A DNA stretch of 64,000 nt from positions 248,001-312,000 of the forward strand of contig JALMLS010000215.1 of the NCBI GenBank assembly GCA_038496445.1. The letters are read 5' to 3'. The position numbers and the translations under genes are program-made. Below, piece by piece: positions 13,351 to 26,507 of the stretch (the stretch's first letter is position 1; each line of letters begins with the position of its first letter). The notes beneath the pieces were generated by a model. That model made no database searches, was not told the DNA's origin, and was given only the letters and a program-made list of their open reading frames with translations. The DNA is from Trichosphaerium sp. ATCC 40318 (taxonomy: Eukaryota; Protista; Tubulinea).

Positions 13351-16300
13351 TTAAAATTCTATGGTTGATCCAGGATCGACATTATAGACTTTCCAAAGAT
13401 CTACACTGTTATTTGGTCTAGATGGGACACACTTTCCGCAGCACGGTTTGTCGAGTACACAAAAGCAGTCTACCCATTTGGTTCCTCTTGTAAAAACAGT
13501 ATCTAAGCACTCTGGGTCACGTGTAGCTGCTGCAGCACAATCACCAGGGAAATGACGTTTGTTCCAGCGCTCATATCTACCAGGCATTCTAAGTAGCTTC
13601 GAACAACCATTGGTGCCGCATGTTGAATCTGGGAATTTACACGTCTTCGATGGTATTTCATTGATTAGTTTTGGAGGGTTGAAAGGAGGAGTGGTTGTTG
13701 GCTTAAGAGAGCAATCTTTACAGTCATTTGTCAATGGCCATTGAGGAATACGTGTCACGTTTTTGTTTAGGTTTACTGCGTTGCATGAAATACATTGTTT
13801 GCCATGACGCCAAGGAATATCCTGATGAGGTACTTCTGGTTCGAATCCTGGGAAGTTTCGTGTTTCAGCTTTGATGTAGCAAGTTGATGCGTAAGCTGGA
13901 TCGCCTGGTAGAACAACTTCATATCTGTCTATTGTTTCGGTAGGCGTTCTAGCTCTGACGGTGTAGCACATGTCAACTTCAGTAAGAGGTTCTTTGAAAT
14001 CTCTTCTGTTGATTACTTGTTTGCACCAATCAGGGATAAGTTTAGCTTGATTCGTGAACTCATTGTTGACTTCTCTCTTCATTACTACGAATCCGTCACA
14101 GACACTCCCTGAACAATTATGCTCGCAATAACCAAGTCCGTGAAAAACAGTTCCACATCCTAAATATTATGAGGAATTGTACATACAATAAAGAAACCAA
14201 TAGTAAATGCAATAAAACTTAAAAAAAAAAAGGTACCTAAAATGTTACGAGGGTTTGGAAAATAGCAATGATCGATCCGACTAAGAAAGGTGTAAGTAAG
14301 TGTGGTACTAGAAAAAACGAAAAAAAAAAAAAAAGTAAGAGAAAGTTACGTACAAAAAGTTGCTTGTACCAGTTGGTAGCCCATAAATATGTTCGACTGG
14401 ATTTTGAACCAAGTGTACATCAATACAATCTCTGTACCCACGCCATAACCATTGAATTACATATCCACCTGGTCCAGCTTTACCAGGCATCTTGATCTTG
14501 GCCATATCAACATCAAACGGTCTGTGTGAAAAATGTGGGAACTTGAAAATGGCTTCTATCCAAGGCATCGAAGGGTTGGTGTATTCAACAAAAGCGTCTT
14601 GAATCAAGTTGCTCTTGTACTTGAAAAGCTTTGCTTCAGGACCCCATAATCCGAAGGCTTCTGGTCTAGGAATAAAGTTCGGAGAGTTTTCTGGAATGGC
14701 AGGTTCATAGTAATCAAGAGTGTAGTCAGGATTGTCCGCCGCACGTTTTTGTGTTCTTCTGTGGTATACTGGCACTGTCTTTTTGGCATTGTTTGGGGCT
14801 TCTCTAATATATTTGTCCATCAAGTCGAATGTTATTTCCTTTAGTCTAGGTTCATCACTTTCATGAACAAAGACATAATAAGAGTCCTGTGTATGTCCTG
14901 TAGACCATTCAAGCTCAAACTCTTGATTCAAACCGACTTGAACTTGAGGAGCTGCATACAAACGAGGAGGGCAAGGTGTATCTGTGCTAGCCACGTTTAC
15001 TGCTCTACTTCTACCGGTCATCCAGTTATGTGCTAGAGTGCCAGTTGGCATGAGAATGAGCGCCAATAGTGATAGCACCAACATCATTGAGGTAGTTGTT
15101 TTTGAAGCCTTTCCAAGAGAAAAAATACCAAATAGTATCAGCATCGTTGAAGCACTTGACTTGGACGCAGGAGATGCAGCAGCTCTAGCACCGATTTGAG
15201 TTTGACCAGGTTTTGCAGGAGGGAGGGTATTGCGAAGACATTTACACATTCTGCGACTATAACTTGTATTAGCGAAAAACGCTACAACAAAACACAAAAA
15301 AGAATCGCTCACAAAAAAAAAAAAAAGGTACCTACCCTTGTTTAGATCCAGCTTTGGCATCACATGTTACCGGTTTTGGCACTCCTGTGCATCTTGTATC
15401 ATCGTAGAAGCAGAAGTTGTCTATACCAGTAGTAGCACCCGTTGCTTGACAGTTACTCAAGTACGGTGGGAAACAAATAAAATTTCCTTCGCTTTCTACA
15501 AGGTCTTTGATTCTGTCTGGGCTGTTAACTCTTTCAATGTGCACTTTATCACATTTTAAATTCTCTCGGTTGCAGCGCTCAGTACACGACTCTCCTCGCT
15601 TTAAAAAAACAATTAGATATGAAGGTAAAGTTTTGTTTCGTTGAACACGTGATGATAAATTTAACGTACAAGTGTTCTAAACCACGTCTGTCTAGGCTTA
15701 GCTGATTTGGACTCAGTGAGTTTCAAAGGACCTTTGGCACCGTTTGGCCACCAAAAAGCGCCTTCATTTGCATCACCTTGTTTGATCAAAGCGTGGAATG
15801 TGACAGTACCAGTCCCTTTTGGAGGTGCACGCCATTTGAAAGTTGCAGAAATGGGTTTCAATTTACCACCATAATGCATTAAACTTTGACGACATTCATG
15901 AGTATCCGGGTAAGGTAGTTGGAACAGCGCTGTACAAAAAGTTAGCAAGTATCTACCTTTCGAAACAAAATTATCAAAAAAACAGAAAAACAAAGCGCAC
16001 GTGTTACTTCATTTGGTAGAATCCATTCACCAACACGATCTCCATTTGGTCCTTGAGCATACATGAGTAATCCTCTGTACTTGAAATCGTAGTTGGTGAT
16101 GTCGAGCGATATGTCTATAATCATCTCAGGGACATATGTTGTTTGCTTGTTGTCCTTAGAACCAGCGTATGTTATATATCTGTTGGATCTTGTAACTTGT
16201 GAAGCCCAATGCATGTAAGGTACAGGGTCAGCGTTGCAAATGAGTCTGTCAACAAATTGGTTAAATTTTCCAAATACTCTCCAATCTTGTGGGCGGCAAC

Positions 16301-16403
16301 CCCAGTGCTTTGCAGAAGCGTCACAGTTCGGTACAGCTGAAGTTGGTCTTGATGAAGCATGAACAAGCGCTAAAAGCGCTAGAGCTATAACGGCACAGCG
16401 CAT
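13351..16403 (-). CDS. Secreted multidomain protein (~893 aa, 6 exons): Reeler domain, Cys-rich module, internal hydrophobic/signal segment, LPMO-like His-brace domain, Cys-rich tail
   Basis: Exons 16403-16001, 15929-15670, 15598-15336, 15256-14354, 14280-14237 and 14159-13351 join in frame through GT-AG introns. Reeler motifs YRGLLMYA, VGEW, WRAPPKGTGTVTF; internal TLA-HNW, STGH and IQWLWRGYRDCIDV. Confidence 0.75.
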
Positions 16404-17198
16404 TTTATGTATTCTCTACAAAGCCGGTTAACAGCTAGTTACACTACACGTAGAAAATATAACAGTACCTGATTGTTTTTCAAGAAGAGGTGCTAGCGTT
16501 GTAAGAATAGTAGTTTATGGTTTTAGATTTTGTACATACAAAATGCGCACGATTTAAGCTAGCGTTCATAAAAAAAACCTAGCGTTGTCATTTGTTTGGA
16601 TAACGCACCGCACGTGTACAAACAGAAAAAAAAAATAAAGCGCAAACAAAAAAACCAACTTTGTCGGTTTAAATACTCAAATATCAGTCACCAACTGTAT
16701 CACCTACTGTACAAACTAATAACAAATTGTCTATGCCTTTTCGTATTACTGCCATACGCGGATGTGATTTACCCTACCCGGTGTAACAGCGCTTTACAAG
16801 GGACAAGTTTCTACACGCCCCGTTGTCAACTTGGCATGCCTACACGGAGACACTATTCAGCGGTCCCTCGCACACAACTTGCTTTAATACGCCTCATTGA
16901 TCGCTACAGTGATATTGGTATCACAAACAACAGCAATAATACGAATAAAGGTCCCACACCGTAAGAATTGGGATCACAATTGAAACAACATTGGAATATT
17001 TACTAGTATTCAAACTTTTCTCTTTGCTAGCTAACCTACTACTAAAAATTCGAAAACAATAATGTAGACTCGTGACGTCCATCACTCTAGTACTGTATCA
17101 CTAGACGAAAAAAGCTTCTCAAATAGAATGGTTTCGAAAATAAAAGACAAAGAACAATCTTCAAAATACTAAATTCCATTTTCATCAATAGAAATATA

Positions 17199-18323
17199 TT
17201 ACACGTATATTTGCCCTGGTAGCGCAAACTCCCAGGCACCATCTTTGTCTGTAGTCTTGAAAGAACCTTCATGTACTTTTCCGTCTTTACCAGTAAATAT
17301 ACAATGCGTTGAAGGCTCATCATTCTCCCAATGCGTTGTCAACTTTCCACCGTAAAATATAAGTGTACCTTTACCTTGTCGGAATCCCGTATCCCACTCA
17401 CCATCATACACAACTTCACCTCTCTCATGACCACAATATTCTCCCTCAACTCTCTTTTCAGTACGGCCTGTGATAAAACTGTTGATAGGCCCAAAAAAAC
17501 GCGATAAGGTGTCCCCCATGTTATCTAATACCGTTTTCCTTGAAGCAGTTGTTGGCAAGTGCTTGTAGTATAACCCAGGAGGCCAAGTCATTACACCTTT
17601 TCCATGAGGTGCTAACTCGTCCATAGAACCTTTATACCGACGTCCACTGGGTGTGACCATCTCACCGTCAGATATACCAACACCAGTGTGATAGAATCCC
17701 TTATAAACTGTACCATCAGCCACAGTCAATACAGCATCACCACATGGCTTTCCAGATACCCAATTACCAGCATAACTACCTGAAAAGTATTTCCAAGCCG
17801 TGGTCGCGCCAGTAAAGACACCATATCCATGTGCCTTTCCATCTACCCACGTGCCTTTATGCGTATTTTGCTTGATCGTGAGCGTTCCTTCTCCATGAGG
17901 TACACCGTTTTTAGTCTCTCCTTTGTACACTTGACCAGTCGGATACTTGGTAGTACCAATGCCCACAGATTTATCGTATGCCCACGTGCCATTGTGTGTA
18001 AATCCATTTGCTTCACGAAGTAAGCCTTTACCATGTTTTTTTCCATCTAAGAACTGTCCTTTGTACTCTGATCCATCTTCGTACTTTTTGGTGGCTACAG
18101 TAACCGTTTTTGCTGAAGATGGGGTACAAAACGTTCTCGAGCGCTAGAATATACACATTAGCTGTATAATAGCGTATTTAGGCACTTTGAGGATAAAAAG
18201 GTTCAAAGGTTTTTTCTGGCATTCAAAATAACCTTATGCGTTTCTCATACGTACGTTTGTCGGTTTGACAGTAGTACTAGGCGAATTGCTATAGTATACT
18301 CTTGTAGAGCTTAGAGCACGCAT
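17199..18323 (-). CDS. MORN-repeat protein, possibly with a mitochondrial-type presequence
   Basis: Repeated YKGE..NG.PHGEG / YDGEW..G.RQGKG units. Probable first exon MRALSSTRVYYSNS. Confidence 0.85.
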
Positions 18324-18767
18324 AGCGATGGCCAAATTATAATTACGAGTACGTTTGACGTTGTATGCACAAAATAACAAGTCAAACAAAAACAGCTTTC
18401 ACATTTTTTACAGCAAGTCAAGGAGTCAACATTGGTTGGCGTACGTTCAATCAATTTGGAAAGTACAAACGTAACAGCCCAGGTATCAAGATGTTGGCGT
18501 CAAAGAAATTGATCAGTCAGAACCAGACGTGACTGACGAAGGCATCGACTAGTGTACGCAAATGTCAGGATCACAGAGTTGGGTGGTGCACATTCAATCA
18601 ATTTGAAAGTACACGACTGACAGACAAAAACATCAAGAACAATGTCGAAGCAATATCGTAACAAATTATCAACTTTCCTGGGTGCCCATCTGAATTCAAT
18701 TCCATACAACTCAAAGAGTGTGAACCTTTTTTTTTTGAGTACTTTATGTATATTACAACTTGGTTTG

Positions 18768-19902
18768 TTAGGGCTCTCTGGACATCATGATGCCACCAAC
18801 GAATTTTTGATTCTGACACGTTTTTTACTTGAACAATGACGCAACTTGTTCGTCTTGTTGCTACACATGATGTTAATAACAATCGAAAGAAATAAACAAA
18901 CACAGAGAAAATTACTAGCAAATTACAAGGAAAAAATAACCATAACATACCTCACGTTTTGCACGGCCTGGTTTCTTCAACAATTTCAAAAATTCGTTCT
19001 TGTTAACACTATTGTCTTCTGAAAAAAAAATCAGAGTCAATCCTTGCTTGCACTTTGCAAATGTTCATTTTAAAAAGTATTAACGTACCGCTTGCTTGCT
19101 TGCTCTTTTGTACTTTTTTGATGGTATTCAAGAGCTGTACGACACCTTTCATGCCTGTTTTACGCAAGTATGCCTCGTATGAATAGTCATTAATTTCATG
19201 TCGCAATCGCACGTGACCTTGTTGGCGTAGTAAAGCGTTTGCTGTGCTCTAAGGGAAACAGTATAAGTGACATGTGTTTTATCCATTAAGAATATAATTT
19301 TCTGGAGTCGTACGTAGCGCTTTTTTCGTTCTTGTTCTTTGGCTTCTTTGTCTATTTTTTTCATGATGAGACGTTTACCAAGAATAAAGTCCTTTTAGGC
19401 TGAATTAGCGGGTTTTTTGTAAAAGAAACGTCTAAATCTTACTTCTTTGTTATCAATAGATGTTACAATACGATTAAACGCATTAGCAAAGCCTACAGGC
19501 GCTGCTACTTCTGTCTCCATCTTCTGTGGCTCAGATTCTCCTTCGTCGCCACCATCTACGCGTACAGTAAGGAGAGGAGTATGAGAAACAAATTTTACGA
19601 TTATCTACATTTTTCTCAACTGTAAAATTTAATTACCGTTTGAGCTCGCTCCTTCGCCATCATTTGCAATACCACCATCAGTTCGCGCTTTTTTCGCTGC
19701 CTCTACCTTTTCGAATTGTCTTTTACGCTTTTCACGCTTTTTATAACTGCCAAAAGCTTAGATTTTTATTTACTACGGTTTGACAGTATTAATACCTGAA
19801 ACGGTACTTATCACGGCGTTCTTGTTTATCTTCCTTTTTCTCTGTAAAGTCTACAACACCAAGTTCAACTTTTTTGGCCTTTTGAGGCGCTTTGGTTGCC
19901 AT
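18768..19902 (-). CDS. RRP15: Ribosome biogenesis protein RRP15-like (3' end approximate)
   Basis: AFANRIVTSI, ILGKR, YEAYLRKTGMKGVVQLLNTI and VNKNEFLKLL match the Rrp15 domain pattern (xRGVVQLFNAV). Confidence 0.75.
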
Positions 19903-20172
19903 TACAAGCGTACTTCTAACTTAAAAGTGGTGAGATACGCGGCTTAGAAAAAGTTGAACAAAAAGATCGACCTTCCGGAAAACCAACATAAATACCTTCA
20001 CGCATTCCGCGACTAAAGTAAGAAACAACAATAACAAGCTTGGTGGAAGCAAAAAATATTTGTAGCAACTACACACGGATGAAAGTGGTTTGTCAAGTGA
20101 TTTTATTAACGTAGCGACCTTGTGGGCTATGAGTAAAACTTAAAAGGAAAGTAGCCAAAGCAGGCAGGGTGC

Positions 20173-20945
20173 TTATTTCAAGAAGATCATAACAGCGTCA
20201 TGTTCGAAGCAGTGAGAGTTACACCATGAAGTACATTGGTAGGCACGCATGTCAGTACAGTAGTAGACGTCTAAAAAAAAAACTCATTAGTACAGAAAAA
20301 AAAAAATATTTAGTGCGTCAGTGATTGGCTAATAAAATACAACAAAATAAACTAAGCGTCACGAAACAAGTAATTTTTTGAATCGACACGTGAGGAGATT
20401 GATAGCCAGATTTTTTCGCCAAATGATCTGCTAACGTACGATCTTTGTATTGTCTGACTTTGTTACATAGTGGAGGTAATACGCCTCTAGCTGGGCCATA
20501 GCCTGGGTCTGGTACGCACAATTTGCCACCGGCGCTCTTCAATTGGGCGCATTGTCTACAATTAATATGAGTATACACTTATGTTTACCTCTACAATACT
20601 AGAATGTCTCCACAATTTACAAAAAAAAAAAATACTAAAAAATCTCGCCACCCTGCGAATGTAGTAAAAGTTTAGTGGTTCGTACTTGACTACTTCTACG
20701 AGAGCGTTCTTTTGGGCACGGTTACAAGCGTCATCGATGCTTTCACAGCTCGTAGCAATACCACATCCAGAGGTAACAGTTTCGTTACAGCCAAATAGAT
20801 AGAGTGGAGGTGGTTGTGGAGGGAACGTCAGCTCAACCGGGTTCTGGGTGAAGTAGTTGTCTCCTTGGGATTCGGTAGCTTCTACGGCTTCCTCGGCACA
20901 GTAGGCAATGGCTAAAAGTCCGACAAAAATTGCGAGCAGCTTCAT
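20173..20945 (-). CDS. Small secreted Cys-rich protein of unknown function (last exon frame uncertain)
   Basis: Signal peptide MKLLAIFVGLLAIAYCA and Cys-rich exons separated by T-rich introns. Confidence 0.6.
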
Positions 20946-21836
20946 TTCGTTTGGCGCTTGTCTTTTAGTGTTGATAAAGCGCACAACAAAACTTGAGATA
21001 TTTCACGTGTACGAACCACATTGCGAGATTAATAAGGCACTATATAGCCAACAACCCTTGCTCGTAACGCACATGGTAGAAATAAAGCGTGTGTGTTAAG
21101 AAGCAACCATCCGGAGATTTTATCAAATCTGACGTGTTCAGATTGTCTTCTTCGGTATCTCGGCCGCTTCGACACTCATTGATCTAACAAGTGTGTAAGC
21201 TCACCTAATTACTGCTACACGCCTGCTAAGCGTACAGAAACGCGAACTCCTCAAGCATTAACATTTAATTTATTGTTTTCAAACCCAACAACATGCACGC
21301 AACCTGTAGTATGCGGCCCTGCGCCGTGTATCATTTTAATTGTGTTTGGATTTGCTGTGTGAGACTGTATGTCAGGAAGGTTTTAGACAACGTAGAGGCG
21401 CTAGAGGGCAAGGAAATGCAATATTAGCCGTAGTTGGTTTTGAGATAAATTAATGCGAAGATACAGGTCACTTTTTTGCGCGTTTAGTACGTGATTCTAC
21501 ATGTAGCGCCGTAGACAGAACGCGCTTTACGGCTTCATCTTTAGCTTACCTGTAACAACTACAATAATTGTCAAGCGTTTATACTACAACGACGCGAACC
21601 GTTGCAAATAACACTAAAACACGTGCACTAAATTCTGTTTGTACACTAGTGACAGCTTTTAATTGGGCGTACTTTTGAAGAAATGAGTATACATTCTAAT
21701 TTTTACAACCTTGAAGTGTCAGGTGCGTCGTTAACGCAGTCGTTTCGTTTTTCTGTGAACATCACTTTATTTCCTTTTGTCGTGAACAGAACTTTGATAC
21801 AGCACCTTAAGTACAAACAACCAACATAAATTAAGG

Positions 21837-23143
21837 ATGCAACGTCGTTCAAAGCGCTTGGAACGTTTGAGAAAACAAAATGCTGAATTAGTAACTACCA
21901 GCAAAGGTACCGCGTAGTAGTATGTTATTTGGTGTTGAACAACCAACCCAGATAATTTTTCACGACCCACTCGCTCAAAGCGTTTGAGGAAACAAAATAC
22001 TGGATTCGTAATTACGAGCAAAGGTACCGCGTAGCAGTGCGTTATTTGGTATTGAACATCCAACGCAGAAAATTTTCTACGCGCCATGTTGGACGAACTG
22101 CCACTGGAAATCGTTGCCCACGTATTGTGGTTTGCGTCAGATTCAGTTAGGGGGCTAGCGCCACTGAGACAAGTTTGGTACGCTTCCACCTTTGCAACGG
22201 CGCTTCATTTCACGTTTGTGCAAAGTAATTAATCCCCTTGCAGTCGAGAGCTCTGCCACTTGGTTTCTACATTAGCCAGAGATTTGGTTGTGCTGTTCAC
22301 AACTGAAACGGTTGTACCAACAAGAATCTGGCCAAGTCTAAGGAGCTTAACAATTTCCTTTGATGAAAGAGATGACTCTGGTGATGATAGGCTTAACAGC
22401 TTGTTCATTGCACATACAAATATTCAAAGCCTTACAATAATTGAAAAAGACTCAAGCAAGGATGGTACCCACAAAACTGATGTTCGATCTTTGTTTTCTT
22501 AATTACTTTGTCCTATAGATCCTTCAAGTTTTCATGATATGTTAAAATGGTACACGCCAAACCTACCTAACCTAAGGCACCTCGAAATCGATTCACCTCA
22601 CATGGATTTTAACTCTGTGAATTGTACGTTTTATCGAGTTTATAAAGTGAATAATTTAATGTCAAAGGGCCTGTGTGGAGTACATTATCAAGGATTACGT
22701 CACTTTCTCTTAACATGTGGATATCTGATGTTTCCTTTCTTGTAAATTTACCCAAACTGGAGTCCCTTAGTATACAAGGTGGAGTGTGTTTGGATACAAA
22801 CGCATTCGCTCATTTGACAAGTTTGGAGAAAGTACATATTCGTCAAGAAACCGGGGACTTCCCGAAGCTTCATGACTCTGTTAAAAGCTTAAAGTACTAC
22901 GAGTTTTGCGAAGATGATATGGAAACGTTGGGACAACTTACGCAATGTCAACTACTCGCTACCAACGCCGACGATGAAAGTACTGTAGCTCAGTTTTTCA
23001 CAGCCCTACCCAAACTCAAGGGGTTATCGCTACTGTTTGACGAGCCAGCACAATTTGGCAAGATAAAAGTGCCTCACTGGTACGCCCATGATGACGCTGA
23101 AGGCTTTGGGCTCGAAGTGTTCTATGTACTTACAAACGAGTAA
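21837..23143 (+). CDS. F-box-like/leucine-rich-repeat protein
   Basis: LDELPLEIVAHVL F-box-like motif, followed by LxxLxI repeats (LPNLRHLEI, LPKLESLSI, LTSLEKVHI). Confidence 0.7.
21865..22077 (+). repeat. 117-bp tandem duplication of an exon+intron unit
   Basis: Near-identical 45-nt introns at 21907-21951 and 22024-22068 with homologous flanking exon sequence. Confidence 0.9.
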
Positions 23144-23533
23144 CGTTTGGTTGAAAAGAAAATGTAAAAATTCAATAAACAAATTTATTCAATGTTCAAT
23201 ATCACTGAACCGAACAGTGAATGCATGTACAAGCTTCACGTGGTTGCACACTGGCTAATAGATTTACCAAAAGACCTTTTTAGCAAGTAAAACAAGATCA
23301 CATTGGCGTACTATAAATGTAGAGTTGGATAGTTTCTAGAAGGTTCTATCAAGCTGACCCTCGCTTAACTTGTTGAACGTGTAACACTGACATCAACAAG
23401 AACGTACGCGTTTTGCATGGACAATAATTACCTCATTTGTTTTACTCACAAATTTTTGATCACTATTGCTTGATAATAGTACTGACGCCAACTAATTGTT
23501 TGTAGTACCACTTTCTTTGGCGCGAAATAACAA

Positions 23534-25224
23534 ATGAGTTTTGAACTAGCAAAAGGTTTACGCATAGAATCAGGAGAAGAGGCTAAGCCATACATAAAGG
23601 TACTTGCCCTGGTATGCTGCTCATACAATTAACAAGCGTAGGGTTTGGAAGAATGCAGCAATTGCCGCCATATTTCTCTTTCCGGTAATTCACTTGGTGT
23701 GGGCGCTTCTAAGGCTATCGCAAGCGCCATTAGCAAACACAAAGATCTAGAGGCACGTAAATAGCGAAACTAATCACTCAACGCGTAAAACTGCGTAAAA
23801 CAAAACAATTAGAATAGAATGACATGTATGCCAAACTTTTCGGTCTCACAGCGCTCATAGGTTGCCAACCTTGATGATATCTTCACAGGACGCCTCAAAG
23901 AGGAGATTCCACCTGCTCTAGAAGCTTTCGGAGAGGCTTTGGCTGATAAAGAGAAACTCATCACAATCGATTACAGCGACAACGCGTTTGGCCCTCCAGG
24001 AGTCAGAGTACGGAATCCTTACGGGCAACTTGAGGTTCATCAACTGACACGTTCACTTATTAGGCTTTTCTACCTCTCATCGCAAAGAACCACTCTATCA
24101 GAAATCTACGTGTCAACAACGTTGGGTTAGTATCTTATTTTCTGATCTTGTTCTGAATACGTTTCTGGTTTGCTAACAAACAACTTCAATAGATTGACTA
24201 ATCGCGGTGGAAGTCTTGTTGCGCGTGCACTCCTTGGCATGCCTTCGCCTACAGATGAGGAATTGGAAAGCGACGTCACACTGGAGGTACGAAACAAGAC
24301 GAACTTTCAGTCAATTATTATTATTTTCCACGTATTTGTTTTTTGTGAAGATGTCACGGATCATGAACAATTGCAAAATGTGACGATTGTTGTAGAAAGC
24401 AGACGCTGGAGAACCAAGCAAATACTGTAAAATTACACAAATCATTGCCGGAAGAAACCGTCTTGAAGATCTTGGCGCAGTCGCCTTGGGTAAAGGTTAG
24501 TACACCACCAAACACTGCAACATCAAAGTTCTTATTTATTGCAAACACTAACGCGAGTTTTTAGCGTTCGGTCACCTCAAAACACTTGAGTCTGGTACGT
24601 TGAAACTATCTGATTTGTTTGTTGTTGCTTTTTGAAATACTTTTCTATTTTCTCTCTTTTTTGTGATTGTCGATGACTTTGATGCTGACCCTTTTGTCTC
24701 TCTGTTCAGTACGCATCCCTCAAAATGGTATAAACCCTCGCGGATCGATAGCGCTCGCAGCTGGACTTGCAGAAAACAAGGGATTGACGGAATTGGACAT
24801 TTATGATAATAACTTCAATGTTGATGGGACAAAAGCACTTGCAAAAGCTATTCCTAAATTGAGTGCATTGAAGGTTCTAAACATGGGCGATTGCCTACCT
24901 GGGGATGGCTTAGATGACATCTTTGAAGCATTACACACTCAACCTAGCCTTGAAGAGCTCAACTTGGAGTACGACGAGATTGAGGATGAGCGATGTACAT
25001 CACTCATTGCGCTATTGAAAAAATTGCCAAACTTGAAGAAATTAGATGTGAATGGCAATTGCTTCACTGTTGAACAAGTCGCTCAAATTAAAAAAATATT
25101 GGCTGATCATGGTAACCCTGATGCTCTTGGAGACATGGACGAGAATGAAATTGAGTTAGAAGACGAAGAGGAAGGCGATGATGACCTGTCAAAGGACATG
25201 GCAAAACTTGACATTAAAGATTAA
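23534..25224 (+). CDS. RANGAP1: Ran GTPase-activating protein (Rna1/RanGAP)
   Basis: [44 protein letters not shown] and an acidic tail. Confidence 0.95.
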
Positions 25225-25629
25225 AAAATACAAATGTAACTAAAAAATCAATCTTGGACAGTCCTAACCAGAAACTACTTGCACATCGACGCCCTTTTAC
25301 TTCGTGAGCAATTTTCCATGGTCTTTTTCATAAGACCTTCTTTCGATAAAGTCTCGTTTTAGTGGTCAGGTTTATCGATAATCCATTTTTTAGTTAGCCA
25401 TTACGAGTTACTCGTAACCTTACGCGCAAAATAGAACGTTTCCATTACATTCCTGGATTTCAAAGCTCTGTTTAGCCACAAGCGAAATGATGTATACTAG
25501 CATTTTGCTTTAAAAATGACAACCTCTGTGTTCTGTGAAAATTACGTACAAGTTAACATTTCAGATATCACAACCCTCAAAAACTAAAGAAACTACAACA
25601 ACAAAGGCTTTAGGAGTAGTAAGCGCAAA

Positions 25630-26290
25630 ATGCTGTCTCAAGAGCAAGAAATGGCGAAAAAACAATTTAGAGAGTTTAAAACGGCCTTGAGAAATGCACA
25701 ACCACCCGGAAAAGCGTTAAAATGGCTCCTGCCACACGAGAAAAAGCTGTACAAAGAAGGAAAGCTACAAAACATCACACATAGAGGCGCAAAAGCAGTA
25801 TGGCTCGAAGCGCTATCCAATACACCTGAAGAAGGACAGACAATTGTGTACAGGCACATGGGCGTTCCTGAAGTCCTTTTTTTGGTAGAACATGGTGTAT
25901 TACCTGACACGTATGCCTACAGTACTAATGCGCCTGTGTATATAGCTCACACAACCTAGACAACCATACCAAGCCATAATGGAAGGCGCACTGGGTAGGT
26001 GGTACGCAAACAAGTATCTAATTGGTCAAAAATGGACAGATACGCACCCTTGCACGATAGTAGAATTCACGTGCCCTTCGTCATTGATTGCAACTTTAAA
26101 GGAAATGCAGACAAAAATAGAAGATGGTACAGTCTCAATGGGACTCGGAGACAAGGCTGGCAAGGGCCTACCATTATTTAACAAGGGTTTAGCATCCGGA
26201 GAAGTAACATTTCGGATTGTTAAAGTAGTCGCAAAGGAGAACAGACAACCAACAAATCCAGTAGGTGGTAACAAGCAAAATAGAAAATGA
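25630..26290 (+). CDS. Hypothetical protein (2 exons, ~200 aa)
   Basis: Two ORFs joined by a GT-AG intron (LPDT|QPYQAI); globular-looking composition. Confidence 0.75.
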
Positions 26291-26507
26291 TCAGTCTTGA
26301 GAGCGCAGCAAAAACAAAAAAAAGGGAGACAAAGGTGTCACAATTACAACTACTACATTCAAGGCGTGCTAGTAGCACTGCCTGGATCACTACATATTAT
26401 AACGCACCGCCAACCGCATAGTGCGGTGGCAGTGACAGTGGCATTAATAAGTGCTTCACATTAAAAAAATTATCAAACATTCGGCAAACCGTCTACCATT
26501 CTTTTGG

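Noticed and set aside
20270-20395. Possible non-canonical intron (ACGT repeated at both junctions)
   Set aside because: Canonical GT-AG solutions also give open frames; this cannot be decided without cDNA.
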